The notes beneath the pieces were generated by a model that had not been told where the DNA came from, searched no databases, and saw nothing but the letters and a program-made list of their open reading frames with translations. This document shows positions 47,350 through 57,843 of a DNA stretch of 64,000 bases, one piece after another (the stretch's first letter is position 1; each line of letters starts with the position of its first letter). Made by a program: the position numbers and the translations under genes. Location: contig CAVVKJ010000010.1 of NCBI GenBank assembly GCA_963748815.1, positions 1,088,001-1,152,000 of the forward strand, read 5' to 3'. This stretch comes from an uncultured Gemmatimonadales bacterium. GTDB lineage: Bacteria; Gemmatimonadota; Gemmatimonadetes; Gemmatimonadales; GWC2-71-9.

Positions 47350-48112
47350 TCACAGCAGCACCACCGCCCAGAAGGCATCCAGCACCAGGATCGCCTCGCA
47401 GCCGTAGACGACGGCCAGCGTGGTGCGGCGCCCGACGCCGGCCGCGCCGCCCGAGGTGGCGCAGGCCCTGCAGGCAGCCGAGGAGGGTGACGGCGGCGCC
47501 GAAGCTGGCCGCCTTCACGAGGCCGTACCAGATGTCCTTGAACTGGTAGAAGATCTGCAGCCCCTTGATGAACTCGGCGCTGGAGAGGTCGAGCAGGTTG
47601 AGCGAGGTCACGTACCCCGCGGAGACGCCGAGGGCGACGGCGAGGGCGGTCACCACGGGGAACATCAGCGTGCCGGCGATGACGCGGGGGACGACGAGGT
47701 AGGCGTACTTGTCGTAGGCCAGCGTCTCGAGGGCGTCCACCTGTTCGGTGACCTTCATGGTGCCGAGCTCGGCGGCGATGTTGGCCCCGACCCGACCGGC
47801 GAGCGCCATGCCGGTGAGCACGGGACCGAGCTCCAGCATGATCGCCTTGCCGACGAGGGTCCCGACGAAGTAGATGGGGACGGCGCCGGTGAAGATGTAC
47901 TTGGAGAGGAGGGCGAGGACGATGCCGGTGAAGAGCGCGATGAAGAGCGCGATCGGCACGGATGCGACGCCGAGGCGCCGCATCTGCTCGAGCAGCAGGG
48001 GTCCCCAGGTGCGGCGGTCGCGGAGGGCGCGTGCGGCGTCGAGCGCGAAGGTGCCGACGCGGCTGACCTGCCGACCCGGGGCGGAGTCCCGAAGGGTCGC
48101 GGGGTGGGTCAC
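47350..48112 (-). CDS. mlaE: MlaE-type ABC permease (frameshift near 3' end)
   Basis: ELGPVLTG..LAGRVGANIAAELGTMKVTEQVDAL. Confidence 0.9.
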
Positions 48113-48127
48113 GAGTGGAAGGTACGC

Positions 48128-49079
48128 CTAGGCCGCATAGCTCGCCAGCGCCCGGCCGATGTCGCCCTCGCCGAGCCGCTTGAGGGCGCGATCGCGGAGC
48201 TGGCGCACCCGCTCGCGGGTCACGCCGAGCATGGTGCCGATTTCCTCGAGGGTGTGTTCCGGCCGTCGTCGAGGCCGAAGTAGAGGCGGAGGACCTGGCG
48301 TCGCGCGGCGGCAGCGAGGCGAGGGCGTGCTCGACTTCCTCGGAGAGGAAGCGTTCCATCGCTCGGGCCTCGACGTCGCTGGAGTCGTCGGCGACGAAGC
48401 GGTCGATGAGGGTGCGTTCGCCGCCGGGATCGAGGGGCGCATCGAGCCGCACGTCGCTGGTGTTGAGCGCCGTCGAGCGACTGGACCACATCCCGGAGAG
48501 CGGTCACCTCGCGGCGACTTCCTCGGGGGTCGGCTCGCGCACCAGTTTCTGGCGGAGGAGTTCGGTAGCGCGGATGATCCGCGAGAGATCGGCGGTGCGG
48601 TTGAGCGGGACGCGGACGGTGCGCCCCTGGCTTGGCGAGTGGCGGCGAGGATGGCCTGGCGGATCCACCAGACGGCGTAGGAGATGAACTTCACGCCCTG
48701 TCGGGATCGAACTTCCGGGCGGCGGTGAGCAGGCCGATGTTGCCCTCGCCGATGAGGTCGGTGAGGGCCATGCCGCGGTTCTGGTACTTCTTGGCGACGG
48801 AGATGACGAAGCGGAGGTTGCGCTTGACGAGCTCCTGCATGGCGTCCTGGTCGCCGGCGCGGACCCGCCGGGCGACGGCGATTTCCTGTTCGCGGGGTGA
48901 GGAGGGGGGTCTTGGAGACCTCGTGGAGGTACTGGTCGAGGATATCGCGCTCGGCGGCGCCCGCGCCAATGGCGCGGGGCGCGCGCCGCGGCGCGAGGCG
49001 GGGAAGCGGGGAAGCGGGGAGGCGGGGAGGGCTCGGCGGCTTCGGGCTTCGGCTTCTTGGCGGACTTCTTGACGGGCAT
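48128..49079 (-). CDS. RpoD/RpoS-like sigma-70 factor (frameshifted)
   Basis: [49 protein letters not shown]. Confidence 0.9.
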
Positions 49080-49096
49080 GGAGGGGCCTTTTCTGC

Positions 49097-49125
49097 TTGA
49101 CACAAGTGCAGCCCGCGTCTAGGTT
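49097..49125 (+). promoter_or_regulatory. Sigma-70 promoter of tRNA operon
   Basis: TTGACA-17 nt-TAGGTT. Confidence 0.65.
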
Positions 49126-49179
49126 TGTGTGCTGTCGCCCAAGCGCTTTTCCGGGCCGGGGTGGCAGGGAATAGATAAT

Positions 49180-49252
49180 GGGGGCGTAGCTCAGTTGGGA
49201 GAGCGCGTGAATGGCATTCACGAGGTCAGGGGTTCGATCCCCCTCGCCTCCA
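49180..49252 (+). tRNA. tRNA-Ala(GGC)
   Basis: Cloverleaf, G3:U70, anticodon GGC. Confidence 0.95.
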
Positions 49253-49337
49253 CTCCCAGACAGGACCGGGTGGCGGGATGCGCTCGGAGTGGTTGCGCGA
49301 GGGCGGGGACTCGGCTAGACTCCCGTCCCTCGTCATT

Positions 49338-49410
49338 GCGGGAATAGCTCAGTTGGTAGAGCACAACCTTGCCAAGGTTGGGGTCGCGGGTTCGAGTCCC
49401 GTTTCCCGCT
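49338..49410 (+). tRNA. tRNA-Gly(GCC)
   Basis: Cloverleaf, anticodon GCC. Confidence 0.95.
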
Positions 49411-49426
49411 CTCCAGAGGACAACGT

Positions 49427-49500
49427 CGCGGGGTGGAGCAGTCTGGTAGCTCGCCGGGCTCATAACCCGGAGGTCGTGGGTTCAAATCCCACCCCCGCTA
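49427..49500 (+). tRNA. tRNA-fMet(CAT)
   Basis: CGCGGGG start with unpaired C1, GGG/CCC anticodon stem, CAT. Confidence 0.95.
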
Positions 49501-49598
49501 TTGCAGGACCAGGACTGGGGACTGAGGACTGAGGACTGAGAGGTCGCAGGTCGCCGCCCTCGGTGTTCGGATCTTCGGGAACCAGTCCTTGCGGTTTC

Positions 49599-49672
49599 GG
49601 GCGGTTAGCTCAGTTGGTTAGAGCGCCACGTTGACATCGTGGAGGTCACAAGTTCGAGCCTTGTACCGCCCA
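49599..49672 (+). tRNA. tRNA-Val(GAC)
   Basis: Cloverleaf, anticodon GAC. Confidence 0.95.
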
Positions 49673-49680
49673 TGCAGTCT

Positions 49681-49754
49681 GCGCCCATAGCTCAATTGGA
49701 TAGAGCATCTGACTACGGATCAGAAGGTTAGGGGTTCGAGTCCCTTTGGGCGCA
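49681..49754 (+). tRNA. tRNA-Arg(ACG)
   Basis: Cloverleaf, anticodon ACG. Confidence 0.95.
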
Positions 49755-49766
49755 TTGTTGCAGGGA

Positions 49767-49840
49767 CGGGGCGTAGCGTAGCCTGGTAGCGCGCCTGCTT
49801 CGGGAGCAGGAGGTCGCCGGTTCAAATCCGGCCGCCCCGA
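49767..49840 (+). tRNA. tRNA-Pro(CGG)
   Basis: Cloverleaf, anticodon CGG. Confidence 0.95.
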
Positions 49841-49868
49841 TTTACATTAGGATGGTAGGGAAGGGTTC

Positions 49869-49942
49869 GGGTCCGTAGCTCAGTTGGATAGAGCGCTTGC
49901 CTCCGGAGCAAGAGGTCGTAGGTTCGAATCCTATCGGGCCCA
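49869..49942 (+). tRNA. tRNA-Arg(CCG)
   Basis: Cloverleaf, anticodon CCG. Confidence 0.95.
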
Positions 49943-49946
49943 TCAC

Positions 49947-49997
49947 ACACACACGACACCCCGTCCTCCACGAAGTGGGGGGCGGGGTTTGTGTGTC
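49947..49997. terminator. Bidirectional hairpin at left island edge
   Basis: ACACAC..CCCCGTCCTCCAC-GAA-GTGGGGGGCGGGG..GTGTGT. Confidence 0.6.
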
Positions 49998-50016
49998 AGG
50001 GACTTGTCGAGACGCG

Positions 50017-52206
50017 CTAGTTCCCGGTCCAGACTCCGGGCCGCACCGATCCCACCCAGGCCGGATTGTGGCCGTTGCCACTCTTGTCCGCGACGTCCGT
50101 GGGAGTTGGGTTCAGGTTCAGGTACCACGGCGTCCGCACCGAGCCAGGCGAGGCGATCTCCTGGGCGATCTGGGCCGGAGTCAGCACCACATCATAGAAT
50201 TGATAGCCGCGCAGGATGGCGTTGGGAATTTCCTTCCCCTGATTCCACGGCGCATCCCCGATGATGATCGCCGGGTCGCTCACCATCGAGAGGGCTCGCG
50301 CGTGCGTCCACTGGACCACGCCAGTGGTCGTGTTCGGCCAATTGAAATAGTAGGTATACACCTCATTGTTGCCCACCAGTTCGGCGGTGGCCACCTGCTG
50401 GTACCACTGGTTGTACCCCACGGGCACACCCTGCGCCCCGGACGTCGCCGTTCGGTCATCGCAGTACCCTGCGATTTCCCACTTGTGTTCCATGTTGGTT
50501 TCCCGGTCAGGCCACGGGTGGAAGCCGTAGTAGGTGTGACACGGTACCTCTCCCTGCGTCCACGTGGTTTCATACCTGGCATAGAATAGGAATGTCCAAT
50601 AGGACTGGAGAAAATTGTTGTTCGCCCGTGGGTATGCCCGCCAAATGTAGGTCGCCGGATAGGCGGGCATCGGGGCAGCCCCGCTCCGCGCCTGATTCCA
50701 GGTAAGGATGGCAGACGGGCTCTTCGAGGGGAAGTTGACATTCCCGGGGAAATCGAGGCCGGTGAGCAGCCCGGACGCCTGGGTCACCGTGACCGTACTG
50801 GTATCCGCCAGGCTCCCGCTCTGCTGCTGGGCGATGACCCGGAAGCTGCCCGCCGTATTGCCCGCCGCGTAGAATCCGCCGGAACTGATGCTGCCACCGG
50901 TGGCAGTATAGGTTACCGCCGGCGCCGTCGTGGCTCCGTCGCTCCACTGCCCGCTCACGCTGAACTGCTGCGCGCCGCCGGTGGTGAGCGACGCGGTGCT
51001 CGGCGTCAGGATCACCGCCTGGAGGACCGGCGGCGTGGTGGTCAGCGTGACCGTCGAGGTGTCTGCCAAGGTCCCGCTCTGCTGCCGGGCGATGACCCGG
51101 AAGCTCCCCGCCGTATTCCCCGCCGTGTAGAGCCCAGCACTGGTGACGCCGCCGCCCGTGGCAGTGTAGGTCACCGCCGGTGCCGTTGTGGCCCCATTAC
51201 TCCACTGCCCGCTCACGCTGAACTGCTGCGTGCCGCCGGTGGTGAGCGACGCGGTGCTCGGCGTCAGGATCACGGCCTGGAGGACCGGCGGGGTGGAGCT
51301 GAGGGTCACCGCGCTGGTGTCGGCCAGGGTCCCGCCCTGCTGCACGGCGATGACCCGGAAGCTCCCCGCCGTATTTCCAGCCGTGTAGAGCCCAGCACTG
51401 GTGACGCCGCCGCCCGTGGCACTGTAGGTCACCGCCGGTGCCGTTGTGGCCCCATTACTCCACTGCCCGCTTACGCTGAATTGCTGCGTGGCGCCGGTGC
51501 TGAGCGACGCGCTGCTCGGCGTCAGGAGCACGGCCTGGAGGACCGGCGGGGTGGTGGTGATGGTTACGGCGCTGGTGTCGGCCAAAGTCCCACCTTGCTG
51601 CGTGGCGATCACCCGGAAGCTGCCGGCCGTGCTTCCCGCCGCGTAGAGCCCGCCGGCATTGATGGACCCGCCGGTGGCGCTGTACGTCACCGCCGGCGCC
51701 GTCGTGGTCCCGTTGCTCCACTGCCCGCTCACGCTGAACTGCTGCGTGCCGCCGGTGGTGAGAGACGCCGTGCTCGGCGTCAGGATCACCGCCTGGAGGA
51801 CCGGCGGGGTCACCACGATGATGGTGGAATCCTTCGGGGTACACCTGTACCTGCGGCACCACCAAACCCAGAAAGAGCCAGCACTCAGGGAGCTGAACCG
51901 GGCGGTGGAATCCGTGAGTACCTCGACAGAGCCGCCGCTGGAGCCCCACTCGCCGTCCATCGCCACCTCCTCGCCACCCGGGTTCATGACGCTGGCTCGC
52001 AGCAGGGAACTTTCTCCAATCAGAAGGGCGGCCTTCTCTGCGGTAAGCGTCACCGACTCAACCGCATCCGGGCCAAGACTGTTCTTCAGCTCACCAGGGG
52101 CACAGGCAACGATCAACGATGCAAGCCCGAACGAAACGCGACGCAGGATAGCGCGGATCGCCGGCGGAGCTCGGAGTGCAGAAATTAGATTTGCCACGCT
52201 TGTCAC
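50017..52206 (-). CDS. Surface lipoprotein: Ig-like tandem repeats plus C-terminal ConA/LamG-like domain
   Basis: Lipobox LIVAC; four 86-aa Thr/Ser-rich repeats; Trp/Tyr-rich C-domain with DKSGNGH. Confidence 0.8.
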   Translation of the reverse strand: MTSVANLISALRAPPAIRAILRRVSFGLASLIVACAPGELKNSLGPDAVESVTLTAEKAALLIGESSLLRASVMNPGGEEVAMDGEWGSSGGSVEVLTDSTARFSSLSAGSFWVWWCRRYRCTPKDSTIIVVTPPVLQAVILTPSTASLTTGGTQQFSVSGQWSNGTTTAPAVTYSATGGSINAGGLYAAGSTAGSFRVIATQQGGTLADTSAVTITTTPPVLQAVLLTPSSASLSTGATQQFSVSGQWSNGATTAPAVTYSATGGGVTSAGLYTAGNTAGSFRVIAVQQGGTLADTSAVTLSSTPPVLQAVILTPSTASLTTGGTQQFSVSGQWSNGATTAPAVTYTATGGGVTSAGLYTAGNTAGSFRVIARQQSGTLADTSTVTLTTTPPVLQAVILTPSTASLTTGGAQQFSVSGQWSDGATTAPAVTYTATGGSISSGGFYAAGNTAGSFRVIAQQQSGSLADTSTVTVTQASGLLTGLDFPGNVNFPSKSPSAILTWNQARSGAAPMPAYPATYIWRAYPRANNNFLQSYWTFLFYARYETTWTQGEVPCHTYYGFHPWPDRETNMEHKWEIAGYCDDRTATSGAQGVPVGYNQWYQQVATAELVGNNEVYTYYFNWPNTTTGVVQWTHARALSMVSDPAIIIGDAPWNQGKEIPNAILRGYQFYDVVLTPAQIAQEIASPGSVRTPWYLNLNPTPTDVADKSGNGHNPAWVGSVRPGVWTGN
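50780..51810 (-). repeat. Four tandem 258-bp intragenic repeats
   Basis: PPVLQAV.LTPS..QQFSVSGQWS..AGSFRVIA unit recurs every 258 nt. Confidence 0.9.
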
Positions 52207-52526
52207 CTCATTGGAGTTCCCACGTCAAGGCCAATCAGCCGACTCTCGCGTTCTTGACCCGACGAGGTGGTCTGCTTGGAACTACCGGAAGGATTTACCG
52301 GCGAGTGCCGTAGAACCATCGCTCGAAGGGACGGATTGTGGGCTACACCGGAAGGTGGACAGGCGGCATGTGGGAGGTCGCTGGAGGGAGCTTGGCCGAC
52401 CGCATTGGTTAGGAATCCGGCGTCACTCCTGGATCGCCAGTCGGTCTCGGAAGCGTGGGCGAGTGCGAGGATTGTTGGGGGGGGACCAAGTGCGATATCA
52501 CAAGTCAGGTCAATGAGATCCTATCC

Positions 52527-53630
52527 CTAGGGTCCGGTCCAGACTCCCGGCCGCCCCGGTCCCACCCAAGCCGGGTTGTGGCCGTTGCCACTCTTGTCCG
52601 CGACGTCCGTGGGAGTTGGATTCAGGTTCAGGTACCACGGCGTCCGCACCGAGCCGGGGGAGGCGATCTCCTGGGCGATCTGGGCCGGCGTGAGCGCCAC
52701 ATCATAGAACTGGTAGCCCCGCAGAATGGCATTGGGCACTTCCCTGCCCTGATTCCATGGTGCGTCCCCGATGATGATGGCAGGATCGGTGTTGGGCAAG
52801 TCCTTCGCGTGCGTCCACCGGATCACATCGGTCGTCGTGTTCGGCCAGTTGAAATAGTAGGTGTACACCTCGTTGCCGCCAATCAGTTCGGTGGTGGCGA
52901 CCTGCTGGTACCATTGGTTGTACCCGATGGGCACGCCCTGCGCCCCGGACGTCGCCGTCCGGTCGTCACCAAAAGCGGAAATCTCCCACTTGTGCTCCAT
53001 ATTGGTTTCCCGGTCAGGCCACGGGTGAAAGCCATAGTACGTCTTGGACGGGATCTCCCCCTGCGTCCACGTAGTCTCGTACCTGGCATAGAACAAGAAG
53101 GTCCAGTAGGACTGGAAAAAATTGTTATTCGGTCGTGGGTAGGCTCGCCAAATGTAGGTCGCCGGATAGGCCGGGAACGGAGCCGCGCCGCTCCGAGACT
53201 GATTCCATGTGAGGATGGCGGACGGGCTCGGAGATGGGTAGTTGACGTTCCCGGGGAAATCGAGGCCGGCAAGTGACTCCGATGGCTGTGTCACCGTCGC
53301 CGACGCCGAACCGCGTTGACCTTCACTCGCCGCCGCGATATCAGACAACCCGGCCGCCACTGCTTTGACGAGGCCGTTCCCGTCAACCGTGGCCCGGGAA
53401 GGCTGACTCGACGCCCAAGTCACGATCCGCCCCGTGAGCACAACCCCCGCCGCATCACGCAGCGTCGCCACCAATTGTCTTGACTGCCCTACTTCCAGGA
53501 CCAGGTTTCCGGGGGAAACCGTTACCGAGGCGACTGACGCCGGAACGGACTCCGTCGCGTCCGGACTGCACGAGAACGCCGCACACACCGCCGCGAGCAT
53601 GGCGGAGAGGTTGCGCGCCTGGCTCCACAC
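52527..53630 (-). CDS. Lipoprotein: one Big_2-like domain plus the same C-terminal domain (paralogue)
   Basis: Lipobox AFSC; VASVTVSP..VTWASSQPSRATVD; C-domain near-identical to 50017..52206. Confidence 0.8.
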   Translation of the reverse strand: MWSQARNLSAMLAAVCAAFSCSPDATESVPASVASVTVSPGNLVLEVGQSRQLVATLRDAAGVVLTGRIVTWASSQPSRATVDGNGLVKAVAAGLSDIAAASEGQRGSASATVTQPSESLAGLDFPGNVNYPSPSPSAILTWNQSRSGAAPFPAYPATYIWRAYPRPNNNFFQSYWTFLFYARYETTWTQGEIPSKTYYGFHPWPDRETNMEHKWEISAFGDDRTATSGAQGVPIGYNQWYQQVATTELIGGNEVYTYYFNWPNTTTDVIRWTHAKDLPNTDPAIIIGDAPWNQGREVPNAILRGYQFYDVALTPAQIAQEIASPGSVRTPWYLNLNPTPTDVADKSGNGHNPAWVGPGRPGVWTGP

Positions 53631-53737
53631 GCCCCCGCGTCGATATTCCGGCACGGCGGGGAGCGCCGTGGGCGCCGACGGGAGGAGCACTTCGAGGTGG
53701 CCAGATTCCGGGAAAGCAGGTGGGTACCATCGGGGCA

Positions 53738-54934
53738 TCAGATCGTCCGTTGCGGCGAGCCCAGCGCCTTCGCGAAGCGCCACCAGCGTCGTCCGGCCTG
53801 CAACTGCCCGGCGAGGCGCTCCCCCACCCCCCGGTCCCGGTCGAGCCTGAAGACGCGTTTGAAGAGCTCGTTGGACTGCCAGGGCCGGGAGTCGCCGTGC
53901 CCGGAAGCGCGTGGCTGGATTCCGGCGCTCCAGAGGAGCTTCGCCATCCAGACGGACGGACAGGCCCCGAAGAGCCCGGTCGTGATGTAGCCCCGCTCCA
54001 GCGCGTGGCTCAGGACCGCGGGCTGCTGTGGACGGAGGGCTTCGAGGACGGTCTTCGGGATCGGCGTACCCGACAGGGTGTGTGTGATCGCGAGCGTCCA
54101 GTACGCACACGTTCCGGCTCGTGTGCGGACGGCCAGCTCGGTGAATCGGTCCCAGTCGAAGGGTGCCGCGGCCAGGATGGTCGCGATGTCCCGGACCGTG
54201 CGGCCCATGCCGCTGAACATGTGCGACCAGGCGAAGTGCACGGACAGGTGCAGCAGTTGATGATGATCGGACGGCACCCACGCCTCGACATCGCCAAGCC
54301 TGACCGGCCTGGCGTCACGCCAGAGCTCGGCCACGTCAAGCTGAAACGGCCCGGTCGGAGGCAGCATGGAACGGTGAATTTCCAGCACCAGATTGAGACC
54401 CTTTGGATCCACCAGGCCGGGGAGGTGCTGGTGCCCCTCGAAGAACTGTTCGCCTCCCTCCAGTTCAAGCCCCCACCCGGCCTCCCGCATGATCTGCCAG
54501 GCGCGTTCCGACTCACCGACTGGCACCAGGATGTCGAAGTCTCCCATCGGCCGCTTCAGAAACGACCCATAGACCGTGGTCGCCAGCGCCGCCCCCTTGA
54601 GCAGCATGACGCGGATCCCGTTGCGCGCGAGCGTCGCGGCCACCTCCCGCAGGGCGGTCTCCGTCAACGCCATCCGGAACTCGGTCACGGCGGCCTGGGC
54701 CTGGAACGCCGCCCGGACATCCGGGGGGACGAGCTCGGACTGTGCCCGCATGTACTTCCAGAGCACGGGGAGCAGCTTCTCCCGTTCCGCCAGCGCACCA
54801 ACCGCCCGCCAGTTCGGCCGGGAGGCCGCGAGTGCGGCAAAGTACGTCTCCCCGCACACGGCGTCCGGACGTGCGGCAAGGAAGAGCAACCGGGCCTCGT
54901 CAGGGAGCAGTGGCATGGGAGAAAACCGGTTCAA
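53738..54934 (-). CDS. Nucleotidyltransferase family protein (NTP_transf_5-like)
   Basis: LLKGAAL..YG..RPMGDFDILV, LEIH, LLHLSVH. Confidence 0.85.
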   Translation of the reverse strand: MNRFSPMPLLPDEARLLFLAARPDAVCGETYFAALAASRPNWRAVGALAEREKLLPVLWKYMRAQSELVPPDVRAAFQAQAAVTEFRMALTETALREVAATLARNGIRVMLLKGAALATTVYGSFLKRPMGDFDILVPVGESERAWQIMREAGWGLELEGGEQFFEGHQHLPGLVDPKGLNLVLEIHRSMLPPTGPFQLDVAELWRDARPVRLGDVEAWVPSDHHQLLHLSVHFAWSHMFSGMGRTVRDIATILAAAPFDWDRFTELAVRTRAGTCAYWTLAITHTLSGTPIPKTVLEALRPQQPAVLSHALERGYITTGLFGACPSVWMAKLLWSAGIQPRASGHGDSRPWQSNELFKRVFRLDRDRGVGERLAGQLQAGRRWWRFAKALGSPQRTI

Positions 54935-55731
54935 TATTGGGCCAGGGTGCCCTGTCGGCGCGCGTACCGAAAGGCGGCGGTGATGGCGGCTGTGCCGATC
55001 AAGAAGAGTATAACCGTCGCGGCCGAGAGCGCGAGGAGGTCAGGGGCGACGTCGGCGATGGACGCGTCCTGAAGCACCACGCGCCGGAGCGCGCGGAGTC
55101 CGTAGCTCAGGGGGAGCAGATCCGAGACCGACTGCAGCCAGGAGGGGATCACGTGCGTCGGGTAATAGACTCCGCCAAGCAGCCCGGAGATCATCAGCAC
55201 CCCCTTCGGCAAGGGGCCGGCGGTGCGAAAGGCGAGCACGAGGGCCGCCCCGACCAGGCCGATGGGGACGTGCGCCAACACGACGAGCAGCAGGATGGCG
55301 AGCCCCGGCAGGAATTGCCCGGGCATGAGATTGGCGCCAAGGAGCCACCCGGCCATGAGGAGGATGGCCCCCTTCAGGGCGGCCCACAGCATGTCGAAGG
55401 CGTTCAGGCCGGCGAGGAGGGCGGGGCCGGAGGTCGGCGTGGCCAGCAACGCCTCGAGCACCCCGCTGGCAACTGCGCTGCCGACCGCCGCGGGGAGGGC
55501 TACGACGGCGACGGAAACCACCGAGAACGTGGTCAGGCCGACTAGCAGAAAGCCAAACGACTGCCCCCCCTCCATCTTGATGGCGTTGGCCATGACCGGC
55601 TGGAGTGCGCCGGAGATGAAGTAGAGCGGAACGACCGTAGCGAGGAGGCCGGCGATCGAGACCACCATTTGCAGCCGATAGCTGAGCATCGTCTGCCAGT
55701 GTGCACGGCACAGTGCAGCAATCCGTCTCAT
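54931..55731 (-). CDS. ABC-2 type exporter permease
   Basis: Six TM, GVLEALLATP, LLGGVYYP..PSWLQ..LPLSY. Confidence 0.9.
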   Translation of the reverse strand: MRRIAALCRAHWQTMLSYRLQMVVSIAGLLATVVPLYFISGALQPVMANAIKMEGGQSFGFLLVGLTTFSVVSVAVVALPAAVGSAVASGVLEALLATPTSGPALLAGLNAFDMLWAALKGAILLMAGWLLGANLMPGQFLPGLAILLLVVLAHVPIGLVGAALVLAFRTAGPLPKGVLMISGLLGGVYYPTHVIPSWLQSVSDLLPLSYGLRALRRVVLQDASIADVAPDLLALSAATVILFLIGTAAITAAFRYARRQGTLAQY

Positions 55732-56817
55732 TGCGGTCCCCTCGCGACGACCCGCTCGATCAGATCCGCCAGGCTCAGCGGGACATGCGAGAGCTCGCTT
55801 ACCGGTACACCCTCGGCGACGAGTCGGCTCGTGAGGTCAGCGCACGCCAAAGCGCCGCCGGGGATGGCGCCCTCGAGCTCGCACCATCCAGACTCGGGCG
55901 CGGGCTGCTCGATGAACGGGCCAAGGCCGGTCGTCTGGAGGACTTGTCGTGCCTCGCGCATTCGGTCGGCTGCGACTGAAATCCGGTAGCGGTTCTCGCC
56001 GGCGATCGCGGCGAGTTCCGATGCAGATCCGTGGGCGATGACCGTGCCCCGGTCCAGCACCGCCAGCCGGTCGCAGAGCTCGAATGCCTCGTCCGCGTCG
56101 TGGGTCGCCAGGAGGACGGTACACCCCTGTCGACCGACAATCTCCTCGCGGAGAAATCGGCGAAAGTCGCGGGCGCTCACGGGGTCGAGACTGCGGGTCG
56201 GCTCGTCGAGGAGGAGGACGGCTGGGCGGGAGAGGAGGGCACGCGCGATCAGCAGGCGCTGCTTCATGCCGGAGGAGTAGGTACCGACCATTCGGCTTCC
56301 CGCGTGGGCAGAGTCCGACCGCATCGAGGAGCCGCTCGGCGGTCCGCTCCCGCTCCGCCTGGTTTCACGTCATACAGTGCGGCGTAGAGCGCCAGATTCT
56401 GCAGACCGGAGAGTCGCCAGTAGAGGCTTCGCTCATCGGCGATGACGGGAGTGAGCATCCCGCGCACGGCAGCCGGATCGGTCAGGACGCTGCGACCGCC
56501 GACTTCGACGGAGCCGGCGTCGGGGAGCACCAGGGTCGCCAGGATCTTGAAGAGGGTCGTCTTCCCCGCCCCGTTGGGTCCCAGCAGTCCAAAGAACTCG
56601 CCCTTGTCGAACGTCGAGCGACACGCCCGCGCAGCACCTCGACTTGCTCCCGGTGGAAGGGACGCCGGAGTGTGTCGGTCCACGATCGGCGCAGGGGAAA
56701 GGTCTTCACCAGCCCGTCGACATGAACAATAGGCTTGTGCGCCGGGTCGCCGCGCGAGGCGCCCACGTCCGGCCTGGACCCATCGCGAGCGACCCGAGCG
56801 TCATCGACTGGCTCATG
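55728..56817 (-). CDS. ABC exporter ATPase (frameshifted; start approximate)
   Basis: [24 protein letters not shown] in separate frames. Confidence 0.85.
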
Positions 56818-57779
56818 CCGGGCCCGGAGCGGAGCTGGGGACTCTTGCGCGGAGTGCCATCCCATCAGACTGGAGGTCAGCTCCCCGATCCGCTCGAAGT
56901 CGCGCGGAATTTCCAGCCGGTAGACAGGCACCCGCTCCCCCAGCTCCACCAGGCGCTGCAGCAGCACCGCCCGCCGTTCGACGCCGAGGAGCGCGCCCGA
57001 CCTTCGTCTGGCCGAGGAGCGCGAGGGCAGCTTCGACAGCCGATAGGCGCGTTCCGGTTCACGATGCCCCCTGCGTCAGACTTGATCGGAGCGAGGAGGT
57101 AGACGCGCCGCGAGCGGGACCGCGGCTGTGGCATTCCGATCGGGGTCTTTCCAGGCGACCTGGAGCTTTGGCGCCAGCTGCTCCGGCGTCACGGGTGAGG
57201 CTTGGCCCGCGACCCGTGCGGCGGAGTCGGCCCAGAGTTGCACGACGGGGACGCTGGGCAACACCAGGGGATGCTCGCCGGAGGTGACGGGGACGAGGTC
57301 GTCGGCGAGCAGCCGTCCCCCGGCGTTCACGAGCGCGGTGGCGGTGGTGGACTTTCCGTGGAACTTTGGGCGCGAGAAAGGCGACGGCAACGTCGCCGAG
57401 GGCGACGGCGCTCCCGTGGAGCGTGATGATATCCTCCTGGTCCAGCGCCACGGCGAAGACTCGCCCGAGGATGTCCTTGCGGACGGCGTCCATGTCGGGT
57501 TCGGGCGGTGGCAGCCCAGTCGATCCTCCGGCCATCTGCGGAAATGTCGAACACCCCGGTATCGTCGAACGCGAGGCGGAGGGCCCGACCTGCACGGTAG
57601 AGTGACACGCTGACCCCGGCATCGACGTCCTCTGTCCCCAGTCGGCTCAGGTCAGGGAGAGGGGGTGGTGCGTTCAGGCGGTGGAGGGACCAATCAGGGA
57701 ATTGGGCGGGGCGGGGAATGAGCTCAGGAAACTCTACTTCCGAGCGGAAGACACCGCCGAAGAGATGGTAGTCTGGCAT
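56814..57779 (-). CDS. HPr-kinase-like lasso peptide kinase (frameshifted)
   Basis: LHGSAV, APKFHGKST P-loop, LLADD, VPVYRL. Confidence 0.75.
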
Positions 57780-57843
57780 TGGGAGTCCGGGTTGGAGGGT
57801 CGGACGGCCTGACCCGCTGGCCGCCCGGCCCCACAGTCGGAAC

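Noticed and set aside
49180..49942. tRNA genes lacking encoded CCA
   Set aside because: Common in many bacteria; CCA is added enzymatically
50780..51810. Possible CRISPR array
   Set aside because: Units are 258-bp in-frame coding repeats with no spacers and no cas genes
52527..54281. 584-aa ORF as called
   Set aside because: The N-terminal part overlaps the nucleotidyltransferase gene out of frame; the lipoprotein signal indicates a start near 53630 or 53600
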